Assembly: GCF_030144855.1 (NCBI RefSeq)
Contig: NW_026779338.1
Span: 62,001-117,598 of the forward strand
Reading direction: 5' to 3'
Source: Hypanus sabinus
Taxonomy: Eukaryota
Length of the DNA: 55,598 nucleotides
Each line of letters opens with the position of its first letter. Positions within the stretch are counted from its first letter, which is position 1. The position numbers and the translations under genes are program-made. A model generated the notes under the pieces. The model saw only the letters and a list, made by a program, of their open reading frames with translations, did not search any database and was not told the origin of the DNA. This document shows, in pieces, positions 36,690 to 51,209 of this stretch.

Positions 36690-38430
36690 CACTGCAGCAC
36701 ATTATTCCCTCCATATCGCTAGCCCTGCTTCCTTTCCTGTCCATATACCTATCCAGTTTTACTTTAAATGACAATATCGAACCTGCCACTACAACTTCAA
36801 CTGAAAGCTCGTTCCACACAGCTACCACTCTCTGAGTAAAGAAATACCCCCTCATGTTATCCCTAAACTTTTGCCCCCAACTCTCAACTCAACTTGCCCC
36901 TTTAACTCTCAAAAGCCTAACAACGTTTACTCTATCTATTCCCCTCATAATTTTAAATACCTCTATAAAGTCCCCCCTCAACCTTCTATGCTCCAAAGAA
37001 TAAAGACCTAACTTGTTCAACCTTTCTCTGTAACTTAGGTGCTGAAACCCAGGTAACATTCTGCTAAATCTTCTCTGTACTCTCTCTATTTTGTTGACAT
37101 CTTTCCTTTAATTCTGTAACCAGAACTGTACACAATAATCCAAAATTTGGCCTCACCAATGCCTTGTACAATTTTAACATTACATCTCAACTCCTATACT
37201 CAATGCTCTGATTTATAAAGGCCAACATACCAAAAGCTTTCTTCACAACTCTATCCACATGAGATTCCACCTTCAGGGAACTATACACCAATATTCCTAG
37301 ATCACTCTGTTCCACTGCATTCTTCAATGGCTGACCATTTACCATGAATGTCCTATTTGGATTATTCCTACCAAAATGTAGCACCTCACACTTATCAGCA
37401 TTAAACTCTGTCTGCCATCTTTCAGCCCACTCTTCTAATTGGCCTAAATCTCTCTGCAATCTTTGAAAACCTACTTCATTATCCATACCACCAAACTATC
37501 TTAGTATCGTCTGCATACTTACTAATCCAATTTACCACCCCATCATCCAGATCATTAATGTATATGACAAATAACATTGGACCTAGTACAGATCCCTGAG
37601 GCACACCACTAGTCACCAGCCTCCAACCAGACAAACAGTTATCCACCACTACTCTCTGGCATCTCCCAGCCAGCCATTTTACTATTTCAATATTAACACC
37701 TAACAATTGAACCTTCCTAAGTAACGTTCTGTGTGGAACCTTGTCAAAGGCCTTACTGAAGTCCATATAGACAACATCCACTACTTTACCCTCGTCAACT
37801 TTCCTCGTAACCTCTTCAAATAATTCAATATGATTTGTCAAACATGACCTTCCACGCACAAATCCATGTTGACTGATCCTAATCAGACCCTGTCTATCCA
37901 GATAATTATATATACCATCTCTAAGAATACGTTCCATTAATTTACCCACCACTGACTTCAAACTGACAGGCCTATAATTGCTAGGTTTATTCTTAGAACC
38001 CTTTTTAAACAATGGAACCACATGAGCAATATGCCAATCCTCCAACACCATCCCTGTTTCTAATGGCATTTGAAATATTTCTGTCAGAGCCCCTGCTATT
38101 TCTACACTAACCTCCCTCAAGGTCCAAGAGAATATCCTTTCAGGATCCAGAGATTTATCCACTTTTATATTCCATAAAAGTGCCAGTACTTCCTCCTCTT
38201 TAATCGTCATAGTTTCCATGACATCCTTTCTTGTTTCCCTTACCTTACACAATTCAATATCCTTCTCCTTAGTGAATACAGAAGAAAAGAAATTGTTCAA
38301 AATCTCCCCCATCTCTTTCAGCTCCAAACATCGCTGTCCACTTTGATTCTCTAAGGTCCCAATTTTATCCCTCACTATCCTTTTGCTATTAATTTTACTA
38401 TTATTTTACTGTAGAAACTCTTTGGATTTA
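36690..38430 (-). mobile_element. CR1 ORF2 RT region, relatively intact
   Basis: ORF 37479-38375 'NYRPVSL...[13 protein letters not shown]...[13 protein letters not shown]...[10 protein letters not shown]...KYADDTK', continued by 37187-37486. Confidence 0.93.
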
Positions 38431-38634
38431 TTTTCACCTTACTTGCCAAAGCAACCTTGTATCTTCTTTTAGCTTTTCTAATTTCTTTCTTAAGATTCTT
38501 TTTACATTCTTTTCACATTTCTCGAGCACCTCATTTTCTCCATTCCTGGTCGGAATGAAAGCATTTCTGCTCTACTTACGAAATATTCCCCAGGACTGTC
38601 ATTTAAATCCAGTTAGACAGAGGTTTGTAGCTCT

Positions 38635-39362
38635 TAAAGCAATGAAGCTTAAGCAGTTCTTAAAGCGATGTTGCAAAAACAGAGTATTCAAAGTAGTGCT
38701 GCAAAAGTTCAAAATGCTCACAGCCCATTTAAAGGACAGAGCGTCTAAGATGATTTAAATTCTCTTTCACATTGTGTTGTTGCAGTTCCCCGTCGAACCA
38801 CACTTTTCCCACGAAGAATTTAGGAAGATGAAGAATGAAGCGGCTTAAAGACACTGACCTTTCCTTTACAACACTGTACTCAAACCTTTCTGCTATTCAC
38901 AGGGATTAACACGAGTACAGTCACCAAATTCCTTCCGAATAAGGGTCAAACAAGGTCGAACCTGTTGCTCCGTCGAAATCGATTCTCCTCGATCTTTTAA
39001 CTCCCGAACTCCGATCTTCACTCTCCAATGATGCTCAACTAGCAGTATTATAAAGAAACTGACAGCAATGACCTTTTAAACTTTAGACATTCGATAAAAC
39101 TTCATCTTTCAACTAAACTGCATCATAACGTTAAATCACGCACTGGCATGAAGTCAACATGGCAAATCCAGCCACGAACTGCCCCTCCTCACAGGGAGGG
39201 GTCCTCCTTTTATACCCTGTAAAAAAAACCTGTCACATGACCTCTACTGGCAGGAAAATGACGTCACTCCACCATCACAAGACCATTACCTCAAGTCCGG
39301 TATAGCTTCAACCCCTGTCACATGACAAGGGTACCACTGTCACGTGTCACGGGTACGTAACA
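38635..39362 (-). mobile_element. Solo LTR (copy B), left 155 bp deleted
   Basis: Matches 16978-17706 and ends CGTAACA|CTAA. Confidence 0.85.
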
Positions 39363-42127
39363 CTAAACAAATTAAAGAATTAGATAACATTAATGCAATC
39401 TCTCCAAATGTTGTTTCATTTAAAAGAAGAGTAGAACTACAATCACAGTATAACTCATTACTACCATATCCTATTGAAGGATATTTACTTAAATTGAAAA
39501 GTCAATTTTATATTTCTGGGGATAAAAATAATAAGCTCTTAGCTTTCCAACGAAGAGCAGTCAGAGCTAAAAGACAAATTTTAAAGATCCATACAAACAA
39601 TGGAGATATAGTAAGTAACTATGAGGATATTAATAACACTTTTCAAGATTTTTATTCTGGCCTTTATAGATCTCAATTTCCTGCCGATTCCTCCTAAATG
39701 GAAGCATTTTTACATAAGATTAAATTTCCACAAATTTCTGACGAAGATCAACAGAGGCTTGATGCTCTAATTACTGAGCATGACATTCAGAAAACTATTT
39801 CATCAATGCAATCCGGTAATGCTCCAGGACCTAATGGTTATTCGGTAGGATTTTTCAAAAAATTTGAAAGATTACTTGCTCCGTATCTTTTGGAAATATT
39901 TCATGAATCCTCTGAGAAGGGTAATTTACCTTCTTCTTTTTATGAAGCATCTATTTCCTTAATTCTTAAAAAGATAAAGACCCCGTTGAATGCTCATCAT
40001 ATAGATCTATTTTACTATTAAATGTGGATGCAAAAATTCTTTCTAAAATAACGGCTAACCACTTGAAAATGTAGTTAATTAAAATCATCTCTGGACCAAT
40101 CGGGCTTTACTAAAGGCCATTACTCTTTCTCTAATGTTCAGAGATTGATGAATGATATTTACTCACCATTATCTAAGCAACCTCAGATAACCGCAGATCT
40201 AATTTATCTCTCTTGTTGCAGAAAAGGCATTCGATAGAGTTAAGTGGCCATACTTGTTCAAAGTATTAGAAAAATTTGGTTTTGGTAATAATTTTAATAG
40301 ATGGATTCAAATGATCTATAAGAACCTTATTCCCACGGTCATTACTAACAATTACGGGCCTTCTTTCTTTTCACTTTCTCATGGTACTAGACAGCGATGT
40401 CCATTAAGCCCTTTATTACTTAATCTGGTATTGGAACCTTTAGCTATAACATTATGGGAGGCCAAAAACATTCATGGTATTTCTAAAAATGGAACCATAC
40501 ATAAGATTTCTCTTTATGCAGATGATCGTTTGATTTTTATTTTGAATCTTGAGGAACCAATTCCTAATCTTTTGGAAACACTTAAAGATTTTGAAAATTT
40601 TTCAGGATATAAACTTAATTTGAATAAAAGTGAATTGTTTCCATTAAATGCTCCTGTTAATATATATAATGATATTCCTTTCAGAATTGTTAATACATTT
40701 AGGTATTTAGGTATTATAATTACTAAAAAATATAAAGATCTTTATAAAGTTAATATAGTTCCTCTAGTAGACTCCATGAAATTGCTATTTTCTAGATGGG
40801 ATCCACTTACTCTTTCTTTAATAGGTCGTATCCATGGTGTTAAAATGATGATTCTACCTAGATTTTTATATATATTCCAAAATATACCTATCTTTTCAGC
40901 TAAAAATGTTTTTGATCAAATTGACTCTCTTATTTCTTCCTTTATTTGGAACAATAATAGACTAAGAATTAACAAGGACCATTTACAAAAACCCAAAAAA
41001 GATGGTGGACTTACACTTCCTAATTTAAGACTGTATTATTGGGCTGTGAATAGTAGACACTTATGTTTTTGGCTATACTGGCTTAATAAGAGCCAAAAAC
41101 CAGTTTGGGAGAATTTGGAATTAAAAGCTGTTAAATAATTTCATTAAACTTCAATATTAGGAGCTCTACTACATTTACATCTCTCTAATATTCCAAATTT
41201 AAAATTTTACCCGGTTATTAAACAATCTTTATGGATTAGATTCAGTTTCGTAATTTTTAAAATTTTAAACAATTTAAGTTGTCTCATTTTTTATATCAAA
41301 ACTTTTCACTTAAATTTTCAGTAATCAACCCCATTTTTCTCCTATAGAAAAATAAAGGGATCTGTTTTTTTACAGATTTATTCTGTGATGGTCAATTGAT
41401 GACTTTTGAAGATTTAATTAACAAATACTCTCTCGCTCATACACATTGTTTGCAATATTTTCAAGTTAGAAATTTTTTACAAAAATATTTACCTAAGTTT
41501 CCATATTTACAAGAATCTGATTTGTTGGATTCCATTTTGAAATTGAATCACTTAGTGAAAGGTTCCATTAGCAGAATTTATAATTTATTTTTGTTACAAA
41601 AAGAGAACCTATCACTAAAGATTAAACAAGATTGGGAGAGAGAACTTAATATGACCTATGTGAATGAAGATTGGGTTCGAATTTTGAAAAACGTTAAGTT
41701 CTTCTTCTATATGTGCCAATCACTGTTTAATTCAAAAATTGTCCATCGTTATTATTTAACAAAGGAGAGACTATCAAAAATATTTCCTAGTGTAGATAAT
41801 TACTGTGATAGGTGTAAAACTGAAGTCGCTACTTTGTCACATATGTTCTGGTCATGTTCTTCATTAAAACTGTCTTGGAAATCTTTATTTTCTACAATCT
41901 CTAAAGCTTTGAAAATTAATTTACAACCTAATAGACTAACTGTCCTATTTGGAATAGTTCTGCATCATATTCCGGGTATTTCATCTTCAGATCAACATGT
42001 AATTGCATTTGTTACATTGTTGGCAAGAAGGGCTATTTTTATTAAAATGGAAAGATATATCTTCCCCTACATTAATTGAATAGTTTTCTCAAGTAATGTT
42101 ATGTCTCAGCTTGGAAAAAAATAAAAG
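39363..42127 (+). mobile_element. L1 ORF2 3' part (copy B)
   Basis: ORFs 39344-42079 are nearly identical to 17688-20423, with an extra TAA at 39695-97. Confidence 0.92.
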
Positions 42128-43065
42128 TAGCCACAGTTAGGGCTCTTCAGCTATGCTGACCTTCTAACTACTCTAAGATCAATCTAACCATTCCTTCTCA
42201 TGTTTTATTTCATTCATATGCATGTCTAAGAGTCTCTGAAATGTCCCTAATGTATCTCCTCTACCACGATTCCAGGCTGTGCATCCCTATGCACCCACAA
42301 CTCATCCCGATACTTTCCTCCAATCACCTTAAAATGATGTTCCCTTGAATTAGTCACTTTTTGCCCTGGGAAAACGATGGCCACTCTATCTATGCCACTG
42401 AACATTTTAGACACCTCTTTCACGTCACCTCTCATCCTCCTTCATTCCAAAGAGAGAAGCCCAAGCTCCCTCAGCCTTTCCTCACAAGACATGCTCTCTG
42501 GTTCAGGCAGCATCCTGGTAAATAGTCTCTTCACTCTTATTTAGTAATTTAATAATCAGAGACACTAAACTATACTTGATACGTGGTTTTAGTTCAACTC
42601 ATCCCTGAACCAGTATCTGTACAAATTATGTCCAGCCAAGCGTCCAGTGCTTTTTCACAGGATAGAAACATGGGGAAAATGACAGTCTATCCTCATGCTG
42701 TCATCACATCCTCAGCAGCTTATCACCAGCCGTCACTTCAATCTACTCAAAATCTTCACCATACTAAATCACTCCCACCACTTGAGCAGAAATTATGTCA
42801 TTTCTGGAAGTGGGTGAACTATTTTGCTGACAAAGTGAGAGAAATTGTGTGGACATTACTTTTAGGCTATTGATAGAATCTTCTGCCAGATGGTTATCCC
42901 AATTCAAGCACAAGGCTATATACTGTAAGTGCTACTTCCTTCTTTTATTTCCCCATTGTGGTTTTTAAAAACTGTTACCAAATATTCAACTCATTATTTG
43001 ACCGACAATAGCTACACAGGAAAAAGGGACGTGTAAATAACGACACAAATGATGTTGGTGCTCAG

Positions 43066-43430
43066 AGGGACAGTACTAAGAGAGTGTCGGACTGTCAGTG
43101 GGACAGTATTGAGAGAGTGTCAGACTGTCAGTGGGACAGTTCTGAGAACGTGTCAGACTGTCAGAAGGACAGTACGAAGAGAGTGTCAGACTGTCAGAGG
43201 GACAGTATTGAGAGAGTGTCAGACTGTCAGTGGGACAGTATTGAGAGAGTGTCAGACTGTCAGTGGGACAGTTCTGAGAGAGTGTCAGACTGTCAGAGGG
43301 ACAGTATTGAGAGAGTGTCAGACTGTCAGAAGTGCAGTACAGAGAAAGTGTCAGACTCTCAGAGGGACAGTACTGAGAGTGTCAGACTCTCAGAGGGAGA
43401 GTATTGAGTGTGTCAGACTGTCAGAGACAC
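43066..43430. repeat. 33-bp minisatellite (copy B)
   Basis: Translations identical to those of 21393-21779. Confidence 0.95.
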
Positions 43431-44060
43431 ATTAAACCATCACTGGTGCAGCCAAGTTGTCATATTTAGTTAAATGGAGATGTGTGTTTGGAGACCCATG
43501 TGCAGTCACGGTGTTTCAACTGATTGTAGTAAAAATACACTTGTATCTGGAATGTCCAATTGCTAGTGAGTCGGTATCCTAGTAAAACTACAGCATGAAA
43601 TAATAATAAAAATAATCCAAATAGGACGTACATGGTAAATGGTAGGGCATTGAAGAACACAGTAGAACAGAGTGATCTAGGAATAGTTCTCTGAAAGTGG
43701 AATCTCATGTAGATAGGGTGGTGAAGAAAGCTTTTGGTATGCTGGCCTTTATAAATCAGAACATTGAGTATAGGAGTTGGGATGTAATGTTAAAGTTGTA
43801 CAAGGCATTGGTAAGGCAGAAACTGGAGAATTGTGTACAGTTCTGGTCACTGAATCATAGGAAAAATATCAACAAAATAGAGAGAGTGCAGAGAAGATTT
43901 ACTAGAATGTTACCTGAGTTTCCGCACCCAGGTTACAGGGGTAGGTTGAACAAGTTAGGCCTTTATTCTTTGGAGCGTAGAAGGCTGAGGGGGCACTTGA
44001 TAGAGGTATTTAAAATTATGAGGGTGATAGATAGATAGGTAGAGTTGACGTGGATAGGCT

Positions 44061-45267
44061 TATATGAAGACAAAAACACTCCAAGCAACTCCACTGAAAG
44101 TTTATTGAAAAGCTCAAGTCAGGAGATGGATACGGGAAAATGTCCAAGTCACTGAATATCCCCTGAAGTACAGTGTATTCAATAATCAACAAATGGGAAG
44201 AATATGGCTCAGCTGTAAATCTGCCCAGAGCAGGACATCCTCAAAAACTGAGTGACCGTGCGAGAAGTGGGCGAGTGAGAGAGGCCACCAAGAGACCTAT
44301 GCCAACTCTGGAGGAGTTACAAGCATCAGTGGCTGAGATGGGAGAGAGTGCACATACAACAACAGCTGCCCAGCTGCTTCACCAGTCCCAGCTGTATGGG
44401 AGAGTGGCAAAGCGAAAGCCACTGTTGAAAAAAGTTCACATGAGACGTTGGCCAAGGAAGGCACATGGAAGACTGAAGTCGGCTGGAACCAGTATTGAGT
44501 ATTTTTGGCCGTCAGACTAAATGCTCGGTTTGGTTTAACCCAAACACTGCACATCATCAAAAACAAACCATCCCTACCATGACGCATGGTGGTGTCTGCA
44601 TCGTGCTGTGAGGATGTTTCACTGCAGCAGGCCCCGGAAGGCTTGTGAAGACAGAGGATAAAATAAATGCAGCAAAATACAGGGAAATCCTGGAGGAAAA
44701 CCTGATGCAGTCTGCAAGAGAACTGTGACTTGGGAGAAGATTTGCTTTCCGGCAAGAGAATGACCCCAAGCATAAAGGCAAAGCTAGACAGGAATGGCTT
44801 AAAGACAAGTTCATGGCCTGGAGTGGGCAAATCAGAGTCCAGACCTCAACCAAATGAAAATTTCTCCCTAGACTTGAAAAGGTCTGTTCACTCATGATCC
44901 CCATGCAATCTGAGAGAGCTTGAGGAGTTTTGTATAGAAGAATAGGCAAAAATTGCAGTGCCCAGATGTGCAAAGCTGGTGGAGACCTATCCACACAGGC
45001 TCAAGACTGTAATTGCTGTCTAAGGTGCATCTACTAAATACTGACTTGAAGGGAGTGAATACTTACGCAATCAATTATTATGAGTTTTGTATTTGAAATT
45101 AATGTAGATCACTTTGTAAAGTTCGTTTTCACTTTGACATGAAAGAGTCCTTTTCTGTTGTTCAGTGTCAATAAAAGCCAAATTAAGTCCACTATGATTC
45201 AATACTGTGACACAATAAAACATGAAAACATCCGGGGGGAGGTGGTGAATACTTTTTATAGGCACTG
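44061..45267 (+). mobile_element. Tc1/mariner remnant (copy B)
   Basis: ORFs identical to those of copy A. Confidence 0.9.
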
Positions 45268-46130
45268 TCCATTATGCGATTTGCCTGTGATACTACAGCA
45301 AGCGAGTTTTTCACTGTATCTGTGCACACATGGATTAGTGCAATAAGCTTGACCTCAATACCCCAGAGTCCTCCATCCATATGTACAAAAGAAAATGCCT
45401 ACAGTATGTGAACGTTTCTGTAATGGCTCCCATCATTGAACAGTAACGCTGTCAGATCCATCTCCAGCACTTCAGCACAGTCCGTAAAGAAACTCCAAAA
45501 ACCCACCTCGTTCCCTTGTTTCCCACTTCATATTTTTCTTATTATAAATGACAAAATAAAATTAGAGTATTGCATGAAGACAAGCAGATTACCACATGAC
45601 TTTCAAACAGTGAGGAAATTATGTTAACTTGTCCAGGTCTAATTGTCTTCTCCCCCATCCCTTCACAGTCATCCCCCAACCACCATCTACTTATCTACTC
45701 CCCAGCCCTGATGTCTGGACAATGGAGCCCATAATCTTAAACGTTCACATACTGGAATTACAAAATGAAATTAACTCAAGCCCCTCCCACACCAGGGATT
45801 GAACATAGATGAACATTAATGATTGTCCCACTGGAGAGGGACTGTCCTGAAGCAGTTCTTGTGGAATTAAAGAACAACACACACAAAATGTTGGAGGAAC
45901 TCAGCAGGTCAAGCAGCATTTATAGAAAGAAATTAACAGTCGATGTTTTTGGCTGAAAAGGAAGGAAAGAATTAAAAGCAGTAAGAATGATGTCCATTAT
46001 ATCATTGCTCCAAAACATCTTTTCCAGTGTGATTGGGAGTATTTTTTAAAGATGAATTCTTGTGGATTCTTAGAAGGAGAAGTGGGATTTCAATTGGTCC
46101 TCTCCAGTGCATTTCCTGTTCTTGATACAA

Positions 46131-46241
46131 TTACATGTTCGCATATATGGAATCCACATCACAGTGGAAATTTTCATACACATTGTGATCTTCATTCTCA
46201 TTCCAGTTCAGTTTGTATTCTGGATCTTTCTGTGCCTTCCC
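46131..46241 (-). CDS. Terminal cytoplasmic-tail exon (copy B), probable last exon of a receptor gene starting beyond the right end of the window
   Basis: Identical to 24475-24585. Its phase-0 acceptor matches the phase-0 donor of exon 53009-53123. Confidence 0.72.
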   Translation of the reverse strand, partial: GKAQKDPEYKLNWNENEDHNVYENFHCDVDSIYANM

Positions 46242-46315
46242 CTGGAACAGAAGAGAGGAGTTGGGTAACAATTAGCAAGACTAGGGCTTGGGTGCTTTGA
46301 GTCAACATAACATCA

Positions 46316-49300
46316 GAACATAAGAAATAGGAGCAGAAATTGGCCACCTGGCACATCGAGCCTGCTCTGCCATTCAATAAGATCACGGCTGATCTGACCA
46401 TGGACTCATCCCCACCTACTTGCCTTTTCCCCACAACCCTTAAAGCCCTACAACGCAAAACTCTGTCCAACCTTGTCTTAAATATAGTTACTAAGGTAGC
46501 CTGCAACGCTTCCTTGGGCAGAGAATTCCATAGAGTCACCACTCTGGGAAAAGCAGATCTTCCTCACCTCCATCCTAAATTTACTCCTCCATATCTTGAG
46601 GCTATGCCCCCGAGTTCTAGTCTCATCTACCAGTATAAACAGTTCTCCAACCTGCATCTGATCTACCCCTCTCATAATTTGATATGTTTTATATAAGTTC
46701 TCCTCTTATTCTTCTGAATTCCAGTGAGTACAGTCCCAGGTGACTCAATCTCTCCTTATAGTCGAACCCCTCATCTCTGGAATCAACCTGGTGAATCTCC
46801 TCCGCACCACCTCCAAAGCCAGTCTATGAGACCAGAACTGCACACAGTTCTCCAAGTGCGGCCTCACCAGTTCCAGCACAACCTCCCAGCTCTTAAATTC
46901 AATCCCTCCAGCAGTGAAAGCCCACATTCCATTTGCTTTCTTGATAGCCTGCTGCACCTGTAAACCAACATTTTGTGATTCATGTACAAGCCTTCACACC
47001 AAGTCCTTCTGCACAGCAGCATGCTGCAATCTTATATCGTTTATAGAAACATAGAAACACAGAAAACCTACAGCACAATACGCGCTCTTTGGCCCACAAA
47101 GTTGGCTGAACATGTCCCTACCTTAGAAATTACTAGGGTTACACATAGAACTCTATTTTTCGAAGCTCCATTCGCCAATCCAAAAGTCTCTTCAAAGACC
47201 CCCTATCGTATCCGCCACCACCACCGTTGCCGGCAGCCCATTCCACGCACTCACCACTCTCTACATAAAAAACTTATCCCTGACATCTCCTGTGTACCTA
47301 CTCCCAAGCACCTTAAACCTGTGCCCTCTTGTGGCAGCCATTTCAGCCCTGGGATAAAGCCTCTGACTATCCACACGATCTATGCCTCTCATCTCTATCA
47401 GGTCACCTCATATCCTCCAATGCTCCAAGGAGGAAAGGCCGAGTTCACTCAACCTGTTTTCATGAGGCATGCTCCCCAATCCAGGTGACATCCTTGTAAA
47501 TCTCCTCTGCATCCTTTTTATTCTTTCCATGTCCTTCCTGCAGTGAGGTGACCTGAACTGAGCACAGTACTCCAAGTGGGGTCTGACCAGAGTCCTATAT
47601 AGCTGCAACATTACCTCTCGGCTACTAAATTCAATTCCACATTTGAAGGCCAATACACCGTATGCCTTCTAAACCACAAAGTTAACCTGCACAGCTGCTT
47701 TGAGAGTCCTATGGACTCAAACCCCAAGATCCCTCTGATCCTCCACACTACCAAGAGTCTTACCATTAATACTATATTCTGCCATCATATTTGACCTATT
47801 AAAATGAGCCACTTCACACTTATCTGGGTTGAACTCCATCTGCCACTTCTCTGCCCATTTTTGCATCCTATCAATGTCCCACTGTAACCTCTGACAGCCC
47901 TCCACACTATCCACAACACCTCCAACCTTTGTGTCATCAGCAAACTTACTAACCCATCCCTCCACTTCCTTACCCAGGTCATTTATAAAAATCACGAAGA
48001 GTAAGGGTCCCAGAACAGATCCCTGAGGCACTCCTCTGGCCACCGGCCTCCATGCAGAATATGACCCGTCGACAACCACTCTTTCCCTTCTGTGGTCAAG
48101 CCAGTTCTGGATCCACAAAGCAATGTCCCCTTGGATCCCATGCCTCCTTACTTTCTCAATAAGCCTTGCATGGGATACCTTATCAAATGCCTTTCTGAAA
48201 TCTATATACACTACATCTACTACTCTTCCTTCATCAGTGTGTTTAGTCACATCCTCAAATAATTCAATTAGGCTGGTAAGGCATGACCTGCCTTTGACAA
48301 AGCCATGCTGACTATTCCTAATCATATTATTCCTCTCCAAATATTCATGAATCCTGCCTCTCAGGATCTTTTCCATCAACTTAACAACCACTGAAGTAAG
48401 ACTCACTTTTCTATAATTTCCTGGGCTATCTCTACTCCCTTACTTGAAGAAAGGAACAACATCCGCAACTCACCAATCCTCTGGAACCTCTCCCGTCCCC
48501 ATTGAAGATGCAAAGATCATCGCCAGAGGCTCAGCAATCTCCTCCCTCACCTCCCACAGTAGACTGGGGTACATCTCATCCGGTCTCGGCGACTTATCCA
48601 ACTTGATGCTTTCCAAAAGCTCCAGCACATCCTCTTTCTTAATATCCATATTCTCAGGCTTTTCAGTCTGCTGCAAGTCATCACTACAATCACCAACCTT
48701 TTCCATAATGAATACTAAAGTATTATTTAAATACCTCTGCTATTTCCTCCAGTTCCATACACACTTTCCCACTGTCACACTTGATAGGTCCTATTCTTTC
48801 ACATCTTATCCTCTTGCTTTTCACATATTTGTAGAATGCTTTGGGGTTTTCCTTAATCCTGCCCTCCAAGGCCATCTCATGGCCCCTTCTGGTCCTCCTA
48901 ATTTCCTTCTTAAGCTCCTTCCTGTTTGACTTATAATCTTCCAGATCTCTAACATTACATAGGTCTCGGAAGCTTTCGTAAGCTTTTCTTTTCTTCTTGG
49001 CTAGATTTACTACAGCCTTTGTACACCACTGTTCCTGTGCCCTACCATAACTTCCCTGCCTCATTGAAACTCTATCTACACCCATCATAATTTTATACAC
49101 CTCTATCAAATCACCCCTCATTCTTCTACGCTCCAGGGAATAAATTCTTAACCTATTCAACCTTTCTCTGTAACTCAGTTTCTCAAGTCCGGGCAACGTC
49201 CTTGTAAACCTTCTCTGCACTCTTTCAACCTTATTAATATCCTTCCTGTAATTAGGTGACCAAAACTGCACACAATACTCCAAATTCAGTCTCACCAATG

Positions 49301-50700
49301 TTTTATACCACCTCACCATTGCATTCCAACTCTTATACTCAATACTTTGATTTATAAAGGCCAATGTACCAAAAGCTCTCTTTACAATCCTATCTACTTG
49401 TGACGCCATTTTTAGGGAATTATGTATCTGTACTCCCAGATCCCTCTGTTCTACTGCACTTTTCAGTGTCCTACCATTTACCTTGTATGTTCTACCTTGG
49501 TTTGACCTTCCGAAGTGCAATACCTCACACTTGTCCGCATTAAACTCTATCTGCTATTTTTCACCTCATTCCTCCAGCTGGACCAAATCCCTCTGCAAGC
49601 TTTGAAAACCTTCCTCACTGTCCACTACACCTCCAATCTTTGTATCATCAGCAAATCTGCTCATCCAATTTGCAACATTATCATCCAGATCATTGATATA
49701 GATGACAAATAACAATGGACCCAGCACTGATCCCTGTGGCACACCGCTAGTCACAGGCCTCCACTCAGAGAAACAATCCTCCACTACCACTCTCTGACGT
49801 CTCCCATTGAGCCAATGTCTAATCCAGTTTACTACCTCACCATGTATACCTAGTGACTGAATCTTCCTAACTAACCTCCCATGCAGGACCTTGTCAAAGG
49901 CCCTACTTCCTTCAGTGCCCTGGGATTCATTCCATCAGGGCCAAGGGACTTGTCTATCTTTATGCCCACAAGATTGCTCAGCACTACCGCTTTAGTGATA
50001 ACTATAGTATCCAGGTCCCCAGCTCCCATTGCATCCATCTCATATCAATTCCCCCTTCTCGTTTATTTCCATAATCTATCCTCCCTTTCTTTATTGCTTG
50101 CTTTGTGGTTCTTCGTTGCTTTATAAAGTTTTCCCAATCTTCCAGTTTCCCACTACTCTTGGCAACTTTGTAGAGATGAGCTTTTAGTTTGATGCCTTCC
50201 TTTATTTCCTTAGTTATCCAAGGCTGGCTTTCCCCACCATACTGTCCTTGCTTTTAACTGGAATGTACTTCTGTAGAGCACTCTGAAAATTCTCTTTGAA
50301 AGTCTTCCACTGTTTCTCAATCTTCCCACCTTACAGCTTGTGCTCCCAGTCTACCCTGTCCAACTTCTCCCTCATCCCATTGTAGTCACCCTGGTTTTAG
50401 ATCAAACTATTGCACCCTCCATATGTATGAGAAACTGTGATCACTCTTTCCAAGAGGATCCCTAACTATAAGTTGCTAATTTTACTTGTCTCATTGCACA
50501 GGACTGGATCTAAGATAACACGTTCCCTTGCAGGTTCAGTAACACGCTGTACCAGAAAGCCATCACGGACCCATTCTATGAAGTCCTCCTCAAGACTGCC
50601 TTGACCAACTTGAATCACCCAATCTGTGTGCAAGTTAAAGTCCTCCATAGTAACGATAACTGTCGTTCCATTTTGACACGCCTCAGATATTTCTCGGTTT
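46316..50700 (-). mobile_element. Cluster of nested CR1 fragments
   Basis: ORFs 47717-48406 (RT core), 48723-49520 (a 3' RT piece fused to an upstream-type piece), 49566-49790, and 50466-50714 (endonuclease remnant). Confidence 0.88.
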
Positions 50701-51035
50701 ATTGCCCGTGCCACTGTAATGTTATCATTTGGTGGCCTACTGACAACTCACATCACATTAGATCCACCTTGTTAGGCCTATAACAACGTTGTCACTATTC
50801 TATTTATGGGCTCGCTTTTTCTTTGAAAAACACGCTAACTGTCTCTATTACCGCTAGCGCTAGTGAACTGTTTATGCAAAGGTAAAAAAACTGGCTGCCC
50901 AAAACAAGGGATAGGCCAGATAAAAATTCCTTTGCAGCCCCGGTCAGGCGACCAGACACAATTATATAAGAGTTCCTGACAGAACACTGCGCTGCAAATG
51001 ATGCCATTGATTAGTAAACTGGGCACAGGACTTAC

Positions 51036-51166
51036 ACAGTAGTGGGATGTGTGCTTGTGAATGATGCAGTGTGTCTCTGGTGCTGCTGAAGGCACATTTT
51101 GCATTGCACACGTGCAGACATAGACTTGTGTATCTGACGAAGAATTCGATTTTGAAGCTGCGGGTG
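51036..51166 (-). CDS. Candidate optional tail exon (A)PAASKSNSSSDTQVYVCTCAMQNVPSAAPETHCIIHKHTSHYC
   Basis: Acceptor ttttgtggttccacttccag| and donor TGT|gtaagt; phase 1 to 0. All three frames are open, so coding evidence is weak. Confidence 0.3.
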
Positions 51167-51209
51167 CTGGAAGTGGAACCACAAAATCAATGGGCTGAAT
51201 TGCCTCCTG

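Larger units (their letters stand above)
27265..48009. repeat. Tandem segmental duplication, copy B
   Basis: Collinear with 6803-27264. Beyond 48009 the CR1 RT continues uninterrupted (ORF 47717-48406). Confidence 0.92.

Noticed and set aside
50960-50976. ITIM-like LLYNCV in ORF 50835-51182
   Set aside because: It would need read-through of a perfect gtaagt donor or a 60-nt intron; the 46241 exon is a better terminal exon.
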